Source: a virus (lineage: Duplodnaviria; Heunggongvirae; Uroviricota; Caudoviricetes). Taken from it: 27,657 nt of DNA. Under the pieces are notes generated by a model, which worked only from the letters and a program-made list of their open reading frames with translations, was not told where the DNA came from and did not search any database. Of this stretch, positions 15,913-24,091 are shown piece after piece (the first letter of the stretch is position 1; each line of letters starts with the position of its first letter). The translations under genes and the position numbers were made by a program. Where the stretch lies: IMG/VR virus record IMGVR_UViG_2703718778_000008. One strand, 5' to 3'.

Positions 15913-16180
15913 CCGCCTGTAAGTTTTTCCGCATCGTTTCACGTCGTTCTTCCCCTCTGGCTGCACGCTCCTGATCTTCGCGCCGGATAGCGGCCAGCGC
16001 TGACTGTGTCTCCGCCGTGGCCTTAAGCAACTCCCGGACGGTCGTATTGCTCTCTTTCACGGCTTTTTCCAGCGCTTCATAACGGGTGCTCTCCTGACCT
16101 GAGCGATAGGCCCGGATGACCACCATTGCCTGCAGCGAAATGGTCAGCAGCAGCGCACAAAGGATAATGTTCAGTTTCAT
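15755..16180 (-). CDS. lysB: i-spanin (LysB/Rz-type, 141 aa)
   Basis: MKLNIILCALLLTISLQAMVV is an N-terminal TM anchor, followed by a charged coiled-coil periplasmic domain. It lies directly after the endolysin, with the start overlapping the endolysin stop. Confidence 0.75.
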   Translation of the reverse strand: MKLNIILCALLLTISLQAMVVIRAYRSGQESTRYEALEKAVKESNTTVRELLKATAETQSALAAIRREDQERAARGEERRETMRKNLQADECARTSPPADVADSLQQHASAAENRRHLRERAGKSDQTDAGTGAAATHDMG

Positions 16181-16728
16181 GGCTGCGCTCCCGCGTCTTT
16201 CAGGCACCAGTTCTTAAAATCATTCCGGCGGTTAACCAGTCCCTGCGTGCGCGTTCCGCCACTGTTCACAAAATCTGTCAGCCGGTAACACATGAGGCGC
16301 CATTGCCGTGTCTGCGCGTGTTTCCAGATGGTGGTGCGTTGCGGCGTGCCGTTTTTGTTTTTAAACCACATCAGATTCCGGCAGCCCAGGTTAAAGGCGG
16401 CGTCCGTCATGGCTTCGAATGCAGACTGCGGCATCTGCTGCCCCCTGAAATTCTGTGTGATGCAGTTCTCAGCGCGGCGCATATCGTTGATCCACCGCCC
16501 GGCCACTTCCTCCTGTGTGTACAGGCGGTTTTCCACGTTACCGGTGGATCCGCATCCGACCGTACCGACCCCCACCAGATCACGGTAGGGTCGGGCCCGG
16601 CACTCCTCCCATGTGGCAATTTTGATTTGTGCCTCGCGGGAGGTTCTCAGTTCTCCGGGAGCCAGGGAGATCCCCAGCGCCACAATGGCGGCCACGGCGT
16701 AACGCTTAGGTCCGGCCATCGTGCTCAT
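16177..16728 (-). CDS. SAR (signal-anchor-release) endolysin, T4-lysozyme/GH24-like (183 aa)
   Basis: The N-terminus KRYAVAAIVALGISLAPG is a weakly hydrophobic, Gly/Ala-rich SAR-type helix. The catalytic triad spacing E-x8-D-x5-T appears in WEECRARPYRDLVGVGTVGCG. Confidence 0.85.
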   Translation of the reverse strand: MSTMAGPKRYAVAAIVALGISLAPGELRTSREAQIKIATWEECRARPYRDLVGVGTVGCGSTGNVENRLYTQEEVAGRWINDMRRAENCITQNFRGQQMPQSAFEAMTDAAFNLGCRNLMWFKNKNGTPQRTTIWKHAQTRQWRLMCYRLTDFVNSGGTRTQGLVNRRNDFKNWCLKDAGAQP

Positions 16729-16990
16729 CCTGCTTCAGAAGCATCATTGCCCGGCGCTCTGCGTCGTTCAGCTCCCTTCCTTCTGACTGCATAAGGATTT
16801 TTTCAATCAGTTCGTTGCGCCTTGCCTGGGCGATCTCCATCCTGCGGCGGTGAAGCCAGGCACGAAGCAGTGACAGCGTTCCCAGCACAAAACCGGCCAC
16901 GGCAATTTTTTCGCTCAGCGTCATCACGCCGATACCGGCTGTCGTCACTGACGCCCAGAACGTGATGTGATCACAAAGCCGCTGAAACAT
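16706..16990 (-). CDS. holin, two-TM class II / pinholin-like (94 aa)
   Basis: Two hydrophobic helices (ITFWASVTTAGIGVM and IAVAGFVLGTLSLLRAWL) are followed by a highly charged C-terminus. It lies immediately upstream of the SAR endolysin. GGGGGTGAGA SD. Confidence 0.7.
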   Translation of the reverse strand: MFQRLCDHITFWASVTTAGIGVMTLSEKIAVAGFVLGTLSLLRAWLHRRRMEIAQARRNELIEKILMQSEGRELNDAERRAMMLLKQDEHDGRT

Positions 16991-16992
16991 TC

Positions 16993-17193
16993 TCACCCCC
17001 ACAACTGGATCATTTCACGCCGGGTCTGCCCCTGCAGCTCCGGCAGCTCCACTTCCTGTCCGGCATGCAGAAACATGACGGCTGAAATCCCCGGATTGGC
17101 GGCCAGTACCGCCTCAGTCACCCCCTGCGTGGTGCCGTAATGGCGCTGACAGAGTAAATCGACGGTGTCACCGTCCAGAGCCATTACTTTCAT
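16993..17193 (-). CDS. X: tail protein gpX (LysM-like, 66 aa)
   Basis: MKVMALDGDTVDLLCQRHYG.T.G.TE.VL.ANPG......L..G..V.LP is the P2 gpX pattern. There is a TGATG stop/start overlap with L. The longer track ORF N-terminus is rejected. Confidence 0.8.
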   Translation of the reverse strand: MKVMALDGDTVDLLCQRHYGTTQGVTEAVLAANPGISAVMFLHAGQEVELPELQGQTRREMIQLWG

Positions 17194-17687
17194 CAGACCA
17201 GCTCCGCATAAATGCGGGTGACACCGCGTATGTCTGATATTGCCCAGCGGGCATCCCGCCACAAATCCTCAACCTGCATGTCCAGCGCGTCAGCCCTGCG
17301 GTCGCCTTTATCGGTGGTATCCACATCCCGGGTGCGCTCCAGTACAAACGCGCGGGTGAGTGCGAAAACGGCCCTGCGGTAGCGGTGGACGTGTACACTC
17401 TCTCCGTTCACCTGCGTGGCCGGAACGTCAGCCAGTGAGGCCGCGCCTTCAGCCATCCGCTCACGTTTCCAGAGCTCCAGTTCGGCGATCACATGGGCGA
17501 CCGCTTCCGTTGCTGCATGTAACAGACGGGTTGTTGTTGTCCTCCCCGGAATGCGGGAAGCCAGGCGAATTTCATGCAGTGAGATCGCCGGCCAGAAGTC
17601 ACCCGCGCTCACCATGGCGTCGCCGTCATCGGTGTCGGTGGTATCTGTGTCAGCGCTGTTCACGCGGGGTCTGGCTATCAGACTCAT
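17193..17687 (-). CDS. L: head completion/stabilisation protein gpL (164 aa)
   Basis: Position between M and X, and the size, match P2 gpL. GGAGA SD. Confidence 0.8.
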   Translation of the reverse strand: MSLIARPRVNSADTDTTDTDDGDAMVSAGDFWPAISLHEIRLASRIPGRTTTTRLLHAATEAVAHVIAELELWKRERMAEGAASLADVPATQVNGESVHVHRYRRAVFALTRAFVLERTRDVDTTDKGDRRADALDMQVEDLWRDARWAISDIRGVTRIYAELV

Positions 17688-17699
17688 GCCTGTCTCCGT

Positions 17700-17768
17700 A
17701 AAAATCAGGCGGTGGGCAACCGGTAAAAAGAACGCGAAGCCTGTTCAGATCACCGGTTGCGCCGCCTG
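17700..17768 (-). terminator. intra-operon hairpin with U-tract between M and L (attenuator/partial terminator)
   Basis: A 16 bp interrupted stem: CAGGCGG..GCAACCGGT (17706-17724) pairs with ACCGGTTGC.CCGCCTG (17752-17768), with a 27-nt loop. On the coding (minus) strand it is followed by ATTTTTA (17705-17699). The L SD and ATG come immediately afterwards. Confidence 0.5.
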
Positions 17769-17791
17769 CCGACGAGGTGCGGTTCGTTAAA

Positions 17792-18589
17792 TCAGTTTGT
17801 TTTGCGCGCGGCTTTTTTCTGGCTGGCAGCGCTTTTCTTTTTTGCGCTGCTCTTTTTCCCGCCGGTGGTGGTTTTCCTGCCCGTTGTGGATGCAGGCACC
17901 ACCTGATTTCCGTCTGCCAGTTTCCTGACCGCGCGCTCCAGCGTGGCAATTTCACGCTTCACTCCCGAAGCCGGATTGATCCGCATGGCTTCACGTAACA
18001 GGCTCAGCGACAGACGCAGATCATCGGGAGAGGAGGAGGCGCGGCGGGAAAATGCGCGTGCCTTGTGCAGTTTTGACCTGACCTGGTCCGGCATATCCTG
18101 CTCACTGACCAGGTGGTTCAGCTCATCAAGCATGGCGGTGTACACAGACAAATCCGCCTCGCTGTCCGTTGTGGCCTGCGTCAGAACGGCGTCAGTAATC
18201 TCTTCAGCCAGTACCGTGGCGGCGTCACGGCCAAAGTTATCCGGCAGCGCCAGACCATGGCGGATCACGTACTCCCCGATACGCAGTGCCAGCGGGTAGT
18301 CACGGCAGTCAATGGCCCACACCATCATGGTGGTGATGACCTCATCCTGGCGTCCGCTGTCTCCAGCCAGGGTGCCTTCAATCCACCCTTCAAAGTCAGG
18401 CAACAGATGTTTTTTAAGCTCTGCCCTGGCGACGTTTGACTGAATACCCTTCAGCTGCATCTGTGCCAGCCTTAACTGGTGAAGGACCTGTTCATGTGCG
18501 GTTCTTTCCCGTTGTGTTTCCCGGGCGTTCATGGTCACCCGGTTGCGGGCCACCGCCTGTTGCACATAGCGTTGTGCCGGTGTCAGCAT
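17792..18589 (-). CDS. M: terminase small (endonuclease) subunit gpM (265 aa)
   Basis: Position between N and L, and the size, match P2 gpM. The helical N-terminal region has a conserved look. It ends in a lysine-rich C-terminal tail. Confidence 0.82.
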   Translation of the reverse strand: MLTPAQRYVQQAVARNRVTMNARETQRERTAHEQVLHQLRLAQMQLKGIQSNVARAELKKHLLPDFEGWIEGTLAGDSGRQDEVITTMMVWAIDCRDYPLALRIGEYVIRHGLALPDNFGRDAATVLAEEITDAVLTQATTDSEADLSVYTAMLDELNHLVSEQDMPDQVRSKLHKARAFSRRASSSPDDLRLSLSLLREAMRINPASGVKREIATLERAVRKLADGNQVVPASTTGRKTTTGGKKSSAKKKSAASQKKAARKTN

Positions 18590-18605
18590 TTCTCAGCTCC
18601 TGTTA

Positions 18606-18624
18606 ACGGGCGCGGCGCGCCCGT
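18606..18624 (-). promoter_or_regulatory. GC hairpin between N and M
   Basis: ACGGGCGCG-G-CGCGCCCGT is a near-perfect palindrome directly after the capsid gene stop. There is no U-tract. It is followed by AGGAG and the M ATG. Confidence 0.45.
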
Positions 18625-18629
18625 CCGGG

Positions 18630-19730
18630 TTATGCTTCGGGTTGCGGCTGTCCGCTTTCGGCGTTGTTGTCCGGATCTTCACCTGCGAAGGTGATCCCCT
18701 CAATCAGCGCGCATTTTCCGTAGTCTTCCACCACGTAGCAGTCATTCATGGACTGGTAAGTCGCGATACGGTTGTATTCCGGCTCCTCGCGAATGAAACG
18801 GCGCAGTGAGCCTTTCTGGAAGTAGATCGACAGGTTTTTCAGCGACGTGATGAGCATGGCGTCTTTCGGGAAGTACGGCGCAAGATACGTCTGAAGACCA
18901 CCGACGGTACGGGACGCCACAATCAGCTGCCCGGCAACAAGCTCAGTGTTCGGGTTGGTGGTGCTGATGGCGTTAATCATGGGAAGACGCAGTGTATTGA
19001 ACAGATCCCGCCCCATCAGTACGACCAGATCCGGTGCGTCCTTATGCCATTCATCCAGCACGGATGAGCGGATGTCGTGCACCATGGCATCCGGGTTACC
19101 ATAGTCACCTTTTGCCACCAGTTTGTTTTCATCATCGCGACGGGTCAGGGTCATCCCTTTAACCACGCGGGTGGCAGCCTTGTCGCGGATGTGTTTCAGC
19201 CAGCCCGGGTTGACGTCCTGCAGGAGAGGGTTGGTGGCACGATCGGAAATCAGCGCGTGTGACTCCCCGTTGAAACCAATCATGATTCGATCCAGGGCTA
19301 CCTGGCGGGTGATTTGCGCGCTCAGCAGTTGCTGAAAGTTTTTCTGGCTGCTCCATGCGTCAATCTGTGCGTAGCTGATGAAGGTATCGTAGTTCACCTG
19401 CTCGCAGCGGTAACGGCGTGCATCCAGATCAGCAACTGATGCAGGATTGCGGCGTTTCACTCCGTCGCTCGTTGCGTTCGTGCTGGCAATGGGGCCGCTG
19501 GTGTCAATCAGGACTTTTTCACCTTCCTGGTCATCCACACCGATAAAATTGATTTCCTGTAACAGTCCGGCGCTTTCCTTGATGGCGTTCTCCATCTTCT
19601 GCTGAATGGATGGATCCACGCTGAAGGTTTTACCCAGGCGCTCTGTTGTGATACCAGCCAGCGATGCCTGCTGAATCATATAGCGTTCCAGACTGTCACG
19701 TCCTTCACGGGAAAGGGATAAACGGGCCAT
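18630..19730 (-). CDS. N: major capsid protein gpN (366 aa)
   Basis: ...FSVDPSIQQKM....ES...L..IN........GEK..I...G.IAS..........R.P... and ...NPLLQDVNPGWL...PDLVVLMGR.L......YFP.DAMLIT.L.NLSIY....S.RR.I.E.P...R...Y.S.N..YVVEDY are colinear with P2 gpN. Confidence 0.93.
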   Translation of the reverse strand: MARLSLSREGRDSLERYMIQQASLAGITTERLGKTFSVDPSIQQKMENAIKESAGLLQEINFIGVDDQEGEKVLIDTSGPIASTNATSDGVKRRNPASVADLDARRYRCEQVNYDTFISYAQIDAWSSQKNFQQLLSAQITRQVALDRIMIGFNGESHALISDRATNPLLQDVNPGWLKHIRDKAATRVVKGMTLTRRDDENKLVAKGDYGNPDAMVHDIRSSVLDEWHKDAPDLVVLMGRDLFNTLRLPMINAISTTNPNTELVAGQLIVASRTVGGLQTYLAPYFPKDAMLITSLKNLSIYFQKGSLRRFIREEPEYNRIATYQSMNDCYVVEDYGKCALIEGITFAGEDPDNNAESGQPQPEA

Positions 19731-19747
19731 AAATTACTCTTCTCCTG

Positions 19748-20584
19748 TCAGAATTCAGCCAGTGTCTGGTCAGTGCCGCCAGCGGAAGTAAAACGCTGCT
19801 GTGGATCGGCATCCTGGTTTCTCAGTTGCGCTTTCAGTGCTGCAAGCTCGAGACTGAGCTCATCCAGCGCCGTTTTGTCGAGGGCATGTTTCTGCTCCAG
19901 AGTGCTGAAACGGTCGATAAGATCTGCATGATCGGATGCGATGTTTTCCACAACGTCGCGCAGCTGGCTGAACTGCTCGCCATCCGCTGTGCGTGTTTTG
20001 CTGATGAGTGCCATGACGCGGCTGAACCACTGACGGCTCTCTTCCGTTCGCTGTTCTGTGGTGGTAAGCATCTCTGCTTCCATGGCGACGGTGAACATGG
20101 GGGGTTCTGTTGTGCACTTACTGAACTGCATGATGCTGGCGCGTTGCTGTGCGGCAAACTCCAGGCGTTCAGTGCCCAGACTTGCTGGCGTGTCGGTCAT
20201 TGCCAGACCCACAATGTAAGGCCCCTTGACGGCGTCCAGCTCAGGCAACATCTCAATGCTCGAATACACTTTTTTCCCGTCAGCAATCATGTTTTTCATG
20301 CGGTCGGTGGGTTCAATTTCGGCATATAACGCTGTACGCCCTGCCAGTTTCCCTTCGGTGATTTCATCAGTTGACAGAGCGATCAGATCACCCACTGCGC
20401 AGAGTTCACTGGATGGCCACATCGAAAGGACGTGCTCAATGTTCACCCGGGAGGCGTAAACGGACGGGTCATAGTTTTCTGCGGCCTGACGCAGCATTTC
20501 ACCAGAAATTTCACGTCCGTCGATGGTTGAACCGGAAACGGCAACGCGAAATTTTTTGCGCTCTGGCGTGTTTTTGCTTCCCAT
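19748..20584 (-). CDS. O: capsid scaffolding protein gpO (278 aa)
   Basis: ...KKFRVAVSGSTIDGREISGEMLRQAAENYDPSVYASRVNIEH...YSSIE.....GPYIVGLAMTDTPASLGTE.LEF matches the P2 gpO pattern. The ATG at 20584 has GGAG 8 nt upstream. Confidence 0.88.
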   Translation of the reverse strand: MGSKNTPERKKFRVAVSGSTIDGREISGEMLRQAAENYDPSVYASRVNIEHVLSMWPSSELCAVGDLIALSTDEITEGKLAGRTALYAEIEPTDRMKNMIADGKKVYSSIEMLPELDAVKGPYIVGLAMTDTPASLGTERLEFAAQQRASIMQFSKCTTEPPMFTVAMEAEMLTTTEQRTEESRQWFSRVMALISKTRTADGEQFSQLRDVVENIASDHADLIDRFSTLEQKHALDKTALDELSLELAALKAQLRNQDADPQQRFTSAGGTDQTLAEF

Positions 20585-20654
20585 GGAAATTCTCCATAAC
20601 CTGGTCGTTTTTCCCATGATGGCGGCAGATAACGGTGTGTCTCAAGGTGCTTAA

Positions 20655-20676
20655 GTTGTATGGCGACGGGGACAAC
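20655..20676. promoter_or_regulatory. Ogr-type late-promoter activator site, GTTGT-N12-ACAAC (contains TGT-N12-ACA), between divergent O and P
   Basis: A perfect 5-bp-arm dyad read directly from the sequence. Its centre (20665.5) lies about 54 bp upstream of a predicted P TSS (-10-like CTTAAT at 20707-20712) and about 56 bp from a predicted O TSS (minus-strand CATCAT at 20621-20616). P2-family late promoters carry TGT-N12-ACA near -55. Confidence 0.6.
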
Positions 20677-20739
20677 GCGGGCTGGTATCAGGCGGTATTG
20701 CTGAGGCTTAATCTTGCCCTGTTAATGTCAGGGGGTGCA

Positions 20740-22473
20740 ATGATCCAGGATGTCTTTATTCGTATGCGGGCGAAACAGCTTTACTGGCAGGGGTATACCC
20801 CGGCGGATATCGCTCAGCTGATGGGAATAAACCAGAACACGATTTATTCGTGGAAAAAACGCGATGAGTGGGATGCCACTCCCCCGATCCAGCGGGTCAC
20901 CCAGTCCATTGATGCACGCCTGATACAGCTCACCGCCAAACCGGATAAAAGCGGCGGTGACTTTAAGGAAATTGACCTGCTGACGCGCCAGCTGAAAAAA
21001 CTGAATGACGGTCAGGGAGAACAGGCTGTTTCCGGTAAGAAGCCCCGCAGGCGCAAACTGAAAAATCACTTCACCGAAGAGCAGATTGTCGCTCTCAGGG
21101 AAAAAATCCTGCCGTCACTGGCCTGGCATCAGCGCGAATGGTACGACAACCGCCATCACCGCAACCGCATGATCCTGAAGTCGCGTCAGATTGGTGCGAC
21201 CTGGTATTTTGCGCGCGAAGCACTCCTTGATGCACTGCGTGATGATGTCTCCGCCGGGTACCAGCGCAACCAGATATTTTTGTCCGCATCCCGTCGCCAG
21301 GCGTATCAGTTCAAACACTTTATTCAGCAGGCGGCGCTGGAAGTTGATGTCGAACTGAAAGGGGGTGACAAGATTGTTTTGTCTAACGGTGCAGAGCTTC
21401 ACTTCCTTGGCACATCGGCAGCAACCGCTCAGTCGTATACCGGACACCTTAAATTTGATGAATTTTTCTGGGTCAGTAATTTTGTGCAGTTGCGAAAGGT
21501 GGCTGGCGCAATGGCAACCCTGAAAGGCCTTACCCGTACCTACTTTTCAACGCCATCGGGTGAAACGCATGAAGCTTATCAGTTCTGGACGGGGGATCGC
21601 TGGAACAGTGAGCGTCCCCGCTCAAAACGCACTGAATTCGATGTGTCTCATTCGAACCTGAAAGGGGGCGTGCTCTTCCCGGATAAAACATGGCGGCAGA
21701 TTGTCACCATTGAGGATGCAGTCGCGAACGGGTGGGAATATACGAGCATTGACGATATCCGGGATGAAAACACCGAAAGCGAATTTCGTAACCTGTACAT
21801 GTGCGAGTTCGTGCGTGATGGCGAGGCGGCGTTCAGTCTGAATGCGCTGATCGGCTGTGGTGTGGATGGATACGACGAATGGCCTGACTGGAAACCTTTT
21901 GCTGCGCGTCCGATGGGCGTGCGGGAAGTCTGGCTCGGGTACGACGCCAACGGCAGCAGCGGGAAGGGGGACTGCGGGGCGCTGTCGGTCTGCGTACCTC
22001 CACGGGTTACAGGCGGTCGTTTTCGTACCGTGGAGACGGTCAGGGTGCAGGGTATGGAGTTTGAACAGCAGGCGGCCCTGATTGAGGAATACACCCAAAA
22101 ATATAACGTGAAACATATCGGCATTGATGTGACCGGCGGGAACGGGGAGGGGGTTTATCAGATTGTGAAAAAGTTTTTCCCGATGGCCGTACCGTACAAC
22201 TTCAATATCGCCTCCAAGCGGGCACTGGTCATGAAAATGCTTCAGGTGGTGCGTGCCGGACGCTGGGAGTATGACCGCAGTGAACGTGACCTGATCCAGG
22301 CATTCGCATCGGTGCGAAAAATACAGACACCCGGCGGCTATATCACCTATGACACCGACCGCTCCCGCGGTGTGAGTCATGGGGATCTTGCCTGGGCAAC
22401 CATGCTTGCTGTTATCAATGAGCCAATTGGTGCGGAGCGTGAGGATAATCGCGGCTTTGCAATGGAGTTCTGA
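20740..22473 (+). CDS. P: terminase large (ATPase) subunit gpP (577 aa)
   Basis: Size and position match. The N-terminus has an HTH-like region (QGYTPADIAQLMGINQNTIYSWKKRDEWD), and a Walker-A-like LKSRQIGATWYFA is present. The ATG at 20740 follows GGGGGTG. The upstream part of the track ORF lies in the promoter region. Confidence 0.92.
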   Translation: MIQDVFIRMRAKQLYWQGYTPADIAQLMGINQNTIYSWKKRDEWDATPPIQRVTQSIDARLIQLTAKPDKSGGDFKEIDLLTRQLKKLNDGQGEQAVSGKKPRRRKLKNHFTEEQIVALREKILPSLAWHQREWYDNRHHRNRMILKSRQIGATWYFAREALLDALRDDVSAGYQRNQIFLSASRRQAYQFKHFIQQAALEVDVELKGGDKIVLSNGAELHFLGTSAATAQSYTGHLKFDEFFWVSNFVQLRKVAGAMATLKGLTRTYFSTPSGETHEAYQFWTGDRWNSERPRSKRTEFDVSHSNLKGGVLFPDKTWRQIVTIEDAVANGWEYTSIDDIRDENTESEFRNLYMCEFVRDGEAAFSLNALIGCGVDGYDEWPDWKPFAARPMGVREVWLGYDANGSSGKGDCGALSVCVPPRVTGGRFRTVETVRVQGMEFEQQAALIEEYTQKYNVKHIGIDVTGGNGEGVYQIVKKFFPMAVPYNFNIASKRALVMKMLQVVRAGRWEYDRSERDLIQAFASVRKIQTPGGYITYDTDRSRGVSHGDLAWATMLAVINEPIGAEREDNRGFAMEF

Positions 22474-22478
22474 ACACA

Positions 22479-23522
22479 ATGAGTAAACGCAAAAAATACA
22501 CCGGAAAGCGGGGGCAGGATTCGCTACACGATGCACTGAAATCAACGCCTGCACTCAGCGCATTCACCTTTGATGGGCCCTATGAAGTCAGCCGCATGGA
22601 TCTCCTGGATAACATGTCATGTGCAGATAACGGGCGCTACTTTGATACCCCCATGGACTGGAACGCTATCGCCCGTGCATCCCGTCGTGCGTCCTGGCAT
22701 CAGTCGGCTTTGTACTTCAAGCGCAACGCCCTGAACGGGTGCTTTGTTCCTCACCCTCTGCTGTCCCGCCAGGCGTTTTCAGCCTTTGCGCTCGACTGGT
22801 TTGTGTTTGGTAATGCCTATCTTGAAGTGCGGCGTAACAGGCTGGGGGAACCACTCCTGCTTCGCCCGGCACTGGCAAAATATACACGCAGGGGAAGTGA
22901 CCTGGATACCTACTGGTATCTCAACGACGACGGTACGGAGTTCAGTTTCAGGAAAGGGACTGTGTGCCACGTGCTTAATCCTGATATTAATCAGGAGATC
23001 TACGGGATGCCGGAATATATCGGCGGGTTGCTGTCTGTCAGCCTGTCAAACTCAGCGGATACATTCCGCAAGCTCTACTACGATAACGGCTCGCATGCCG
23101 GGTGTATTATCTATGTAGGCACACCTCAGGCGAATGCGGAAAGTGTCGAGGCCATTAAAAAAACGCTTACGGATTCCCGTGGTCGCGGGGCGTTTAAAAA
23201 CCTGTTTCTTCATGCGCCGGGTGGTGGCAAGGATGGTGTGCAAATACTGCCGTTCCAGCAGATAACCGCAAAGGATGAATTCCTGAACATCAAGGGGAGC
23301 GCCCGCGACGATATCCTTGCTGCCCATCGTGTACCACCTCAACTGATGGGGGCAATGCCTGACGGGAATGCGGCGTTTGGTGACGTTGAGAAAGCGGCGA
23401 GGGTGTTTTTCATCAACGAGTTGCAACCTGTCATGGAGGCCATGAAGCATGTCAATGAATGGCTTGGCGTTGAGGTGATGCGCTTTAACCCCTATGCCCT
23501 GCTTCTGGATAACGCCAGCTGA
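22479..23522 (+). CDS. Q: portal (capsid vertex) protein gpQ (347 aa)
   Basis: Follows P by 5 nt. Size matches P2 gpQ, and the pattern looks conserved (...YFKRN.L...F......LSR..F..FALD...FGNAYLE...N..G....L......). Confidence 0.92.
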   Translation: MSKRKKYTGKRGQDSLHDALKSTPALSAFTFDGPYEVSRMDLLDNMSCADNGRYFDTPMDWNAIARASRRASWHQSALYFKRNALNGCFVPHPLLSRQAFSAFALDWFVFGNAYLEVRRNRLGEPLLLRPALAKYTRRGSDLDTYWYLNDDGTEFSFRKGTVCHVLNPDINQEIYGMPEYIGGLLSVSLSNSADTFRKLYYDNGSHAGCIIYVGTPQANAESVEAIKKTLTDSRGRGAFKNLFLHAPGGGKDGVQILPFQQITAKDEFLNIKGSARDDILAAHRVPPQLMGAMPDGNAAFGDVEKAARVFFINELQPVMEAMKHVNEWLGVEVMRFNPYALLLDNAS

Positions 23523-23548
23523 CGCGCTTCGCTTGTCTGCTGCTTCGC

Positions 23549-23573
23549 CGGGGCATAAAAAATTTATGCCCCG
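23549..23573. terminator. palindromic hairpin between convergent Q and orf167
   Basis: CGGGGCATAAA-AAA-TTTATGCCCCG has perfect 11-bp arms. There is no flanking U-run on either strand, so its termination efficiency is uncertain. Confidence 0.45.
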
Positions 23574-23587
23574 ACTCTCCAGCTCTC

Positions 23588-24091
23588 TTAACGGAATGCG
23601 GATGGCGTTCTTCTTTGCAGCTTGCTGATAATATGCATCTTCATACTGTTTACTATCGGCAGCCATTCCCTGTCACCGTCTCCGTTGATGACCACGCGAA
23701 TGGAGGTATCATCTTCCACGCGAACCCGAAGAGATACACCGTCTTTTCCGACGGAATGTAACTCCATTGCCAGGACTATGTTTACCGACTCTCCTTCATC
23801 GTGTGAGTCAACCCATGTTCTTACAGCCATCCGGAATATGTTATCTGTGTCGGTTGCAATCATATTTACCGGAAATGGCCTGAAGTCCCGATCGTTTCTG
23901 CACGGAAACCCCGTATCAACGTAACGATGATGCTCGCCGTCTTTGTCTTCCCATGTCTCTGAAGGCAATTCCAGCCACTGCTCATAAAAAGCAACCAGCT
24001 TTTCAGCCTGATTGCGCAGAATCCCTGTAACCTCCCGCCTCGCGTCCCGGCTCTTTTTGTTTGCCAGGTACAAATCGCGAAAATGGCTCAT
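23588..24091 (-). CDS. hypothetical protein, 167 aa, no family recognised (orphan cargo between portal gene and cos)
   Basis: Clean ORF with SD AAGGAGA 6 nt upstream of the ATG at 24091. A private AT-rich upstream region (24100-24240) contains sigma70-like hexamers. The product is soluble and slightly acidic. No motif recognised. Confidence 0.6.
   Translation of the reverse strand: MSHFRDLYLANKKSRDARREVTGILRNQAEKLVAFYEQWLELPSETWEDKDGEHHRYVDTGFPCRNDRDFRPFPVNMIATDTDNIFRMAVRTWVDSHDEGESVNIVLAMELHSVGKDGVSLRVRVEDDTSIRVVINGDGDREWLPIVNSMKMHIISKLQRRTPSAFR

Noticed and set aside
21622-22554. 310-aa minus-strand ORF (also 21648..22124 and 21115..21447)
   Set aside because: Antisense shadow ORFs inside terminase gene P. 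Their sequences are low-complexity and cysteine/arginine/histidine-rich.
23052-23666. 204-aa minus-strand ORF overlapping the end of Q
   Set aside because: Antisense to the portal gene. It runs through the Q/orf167 hairpin and overlaps orf167 in another frame. No RBS.
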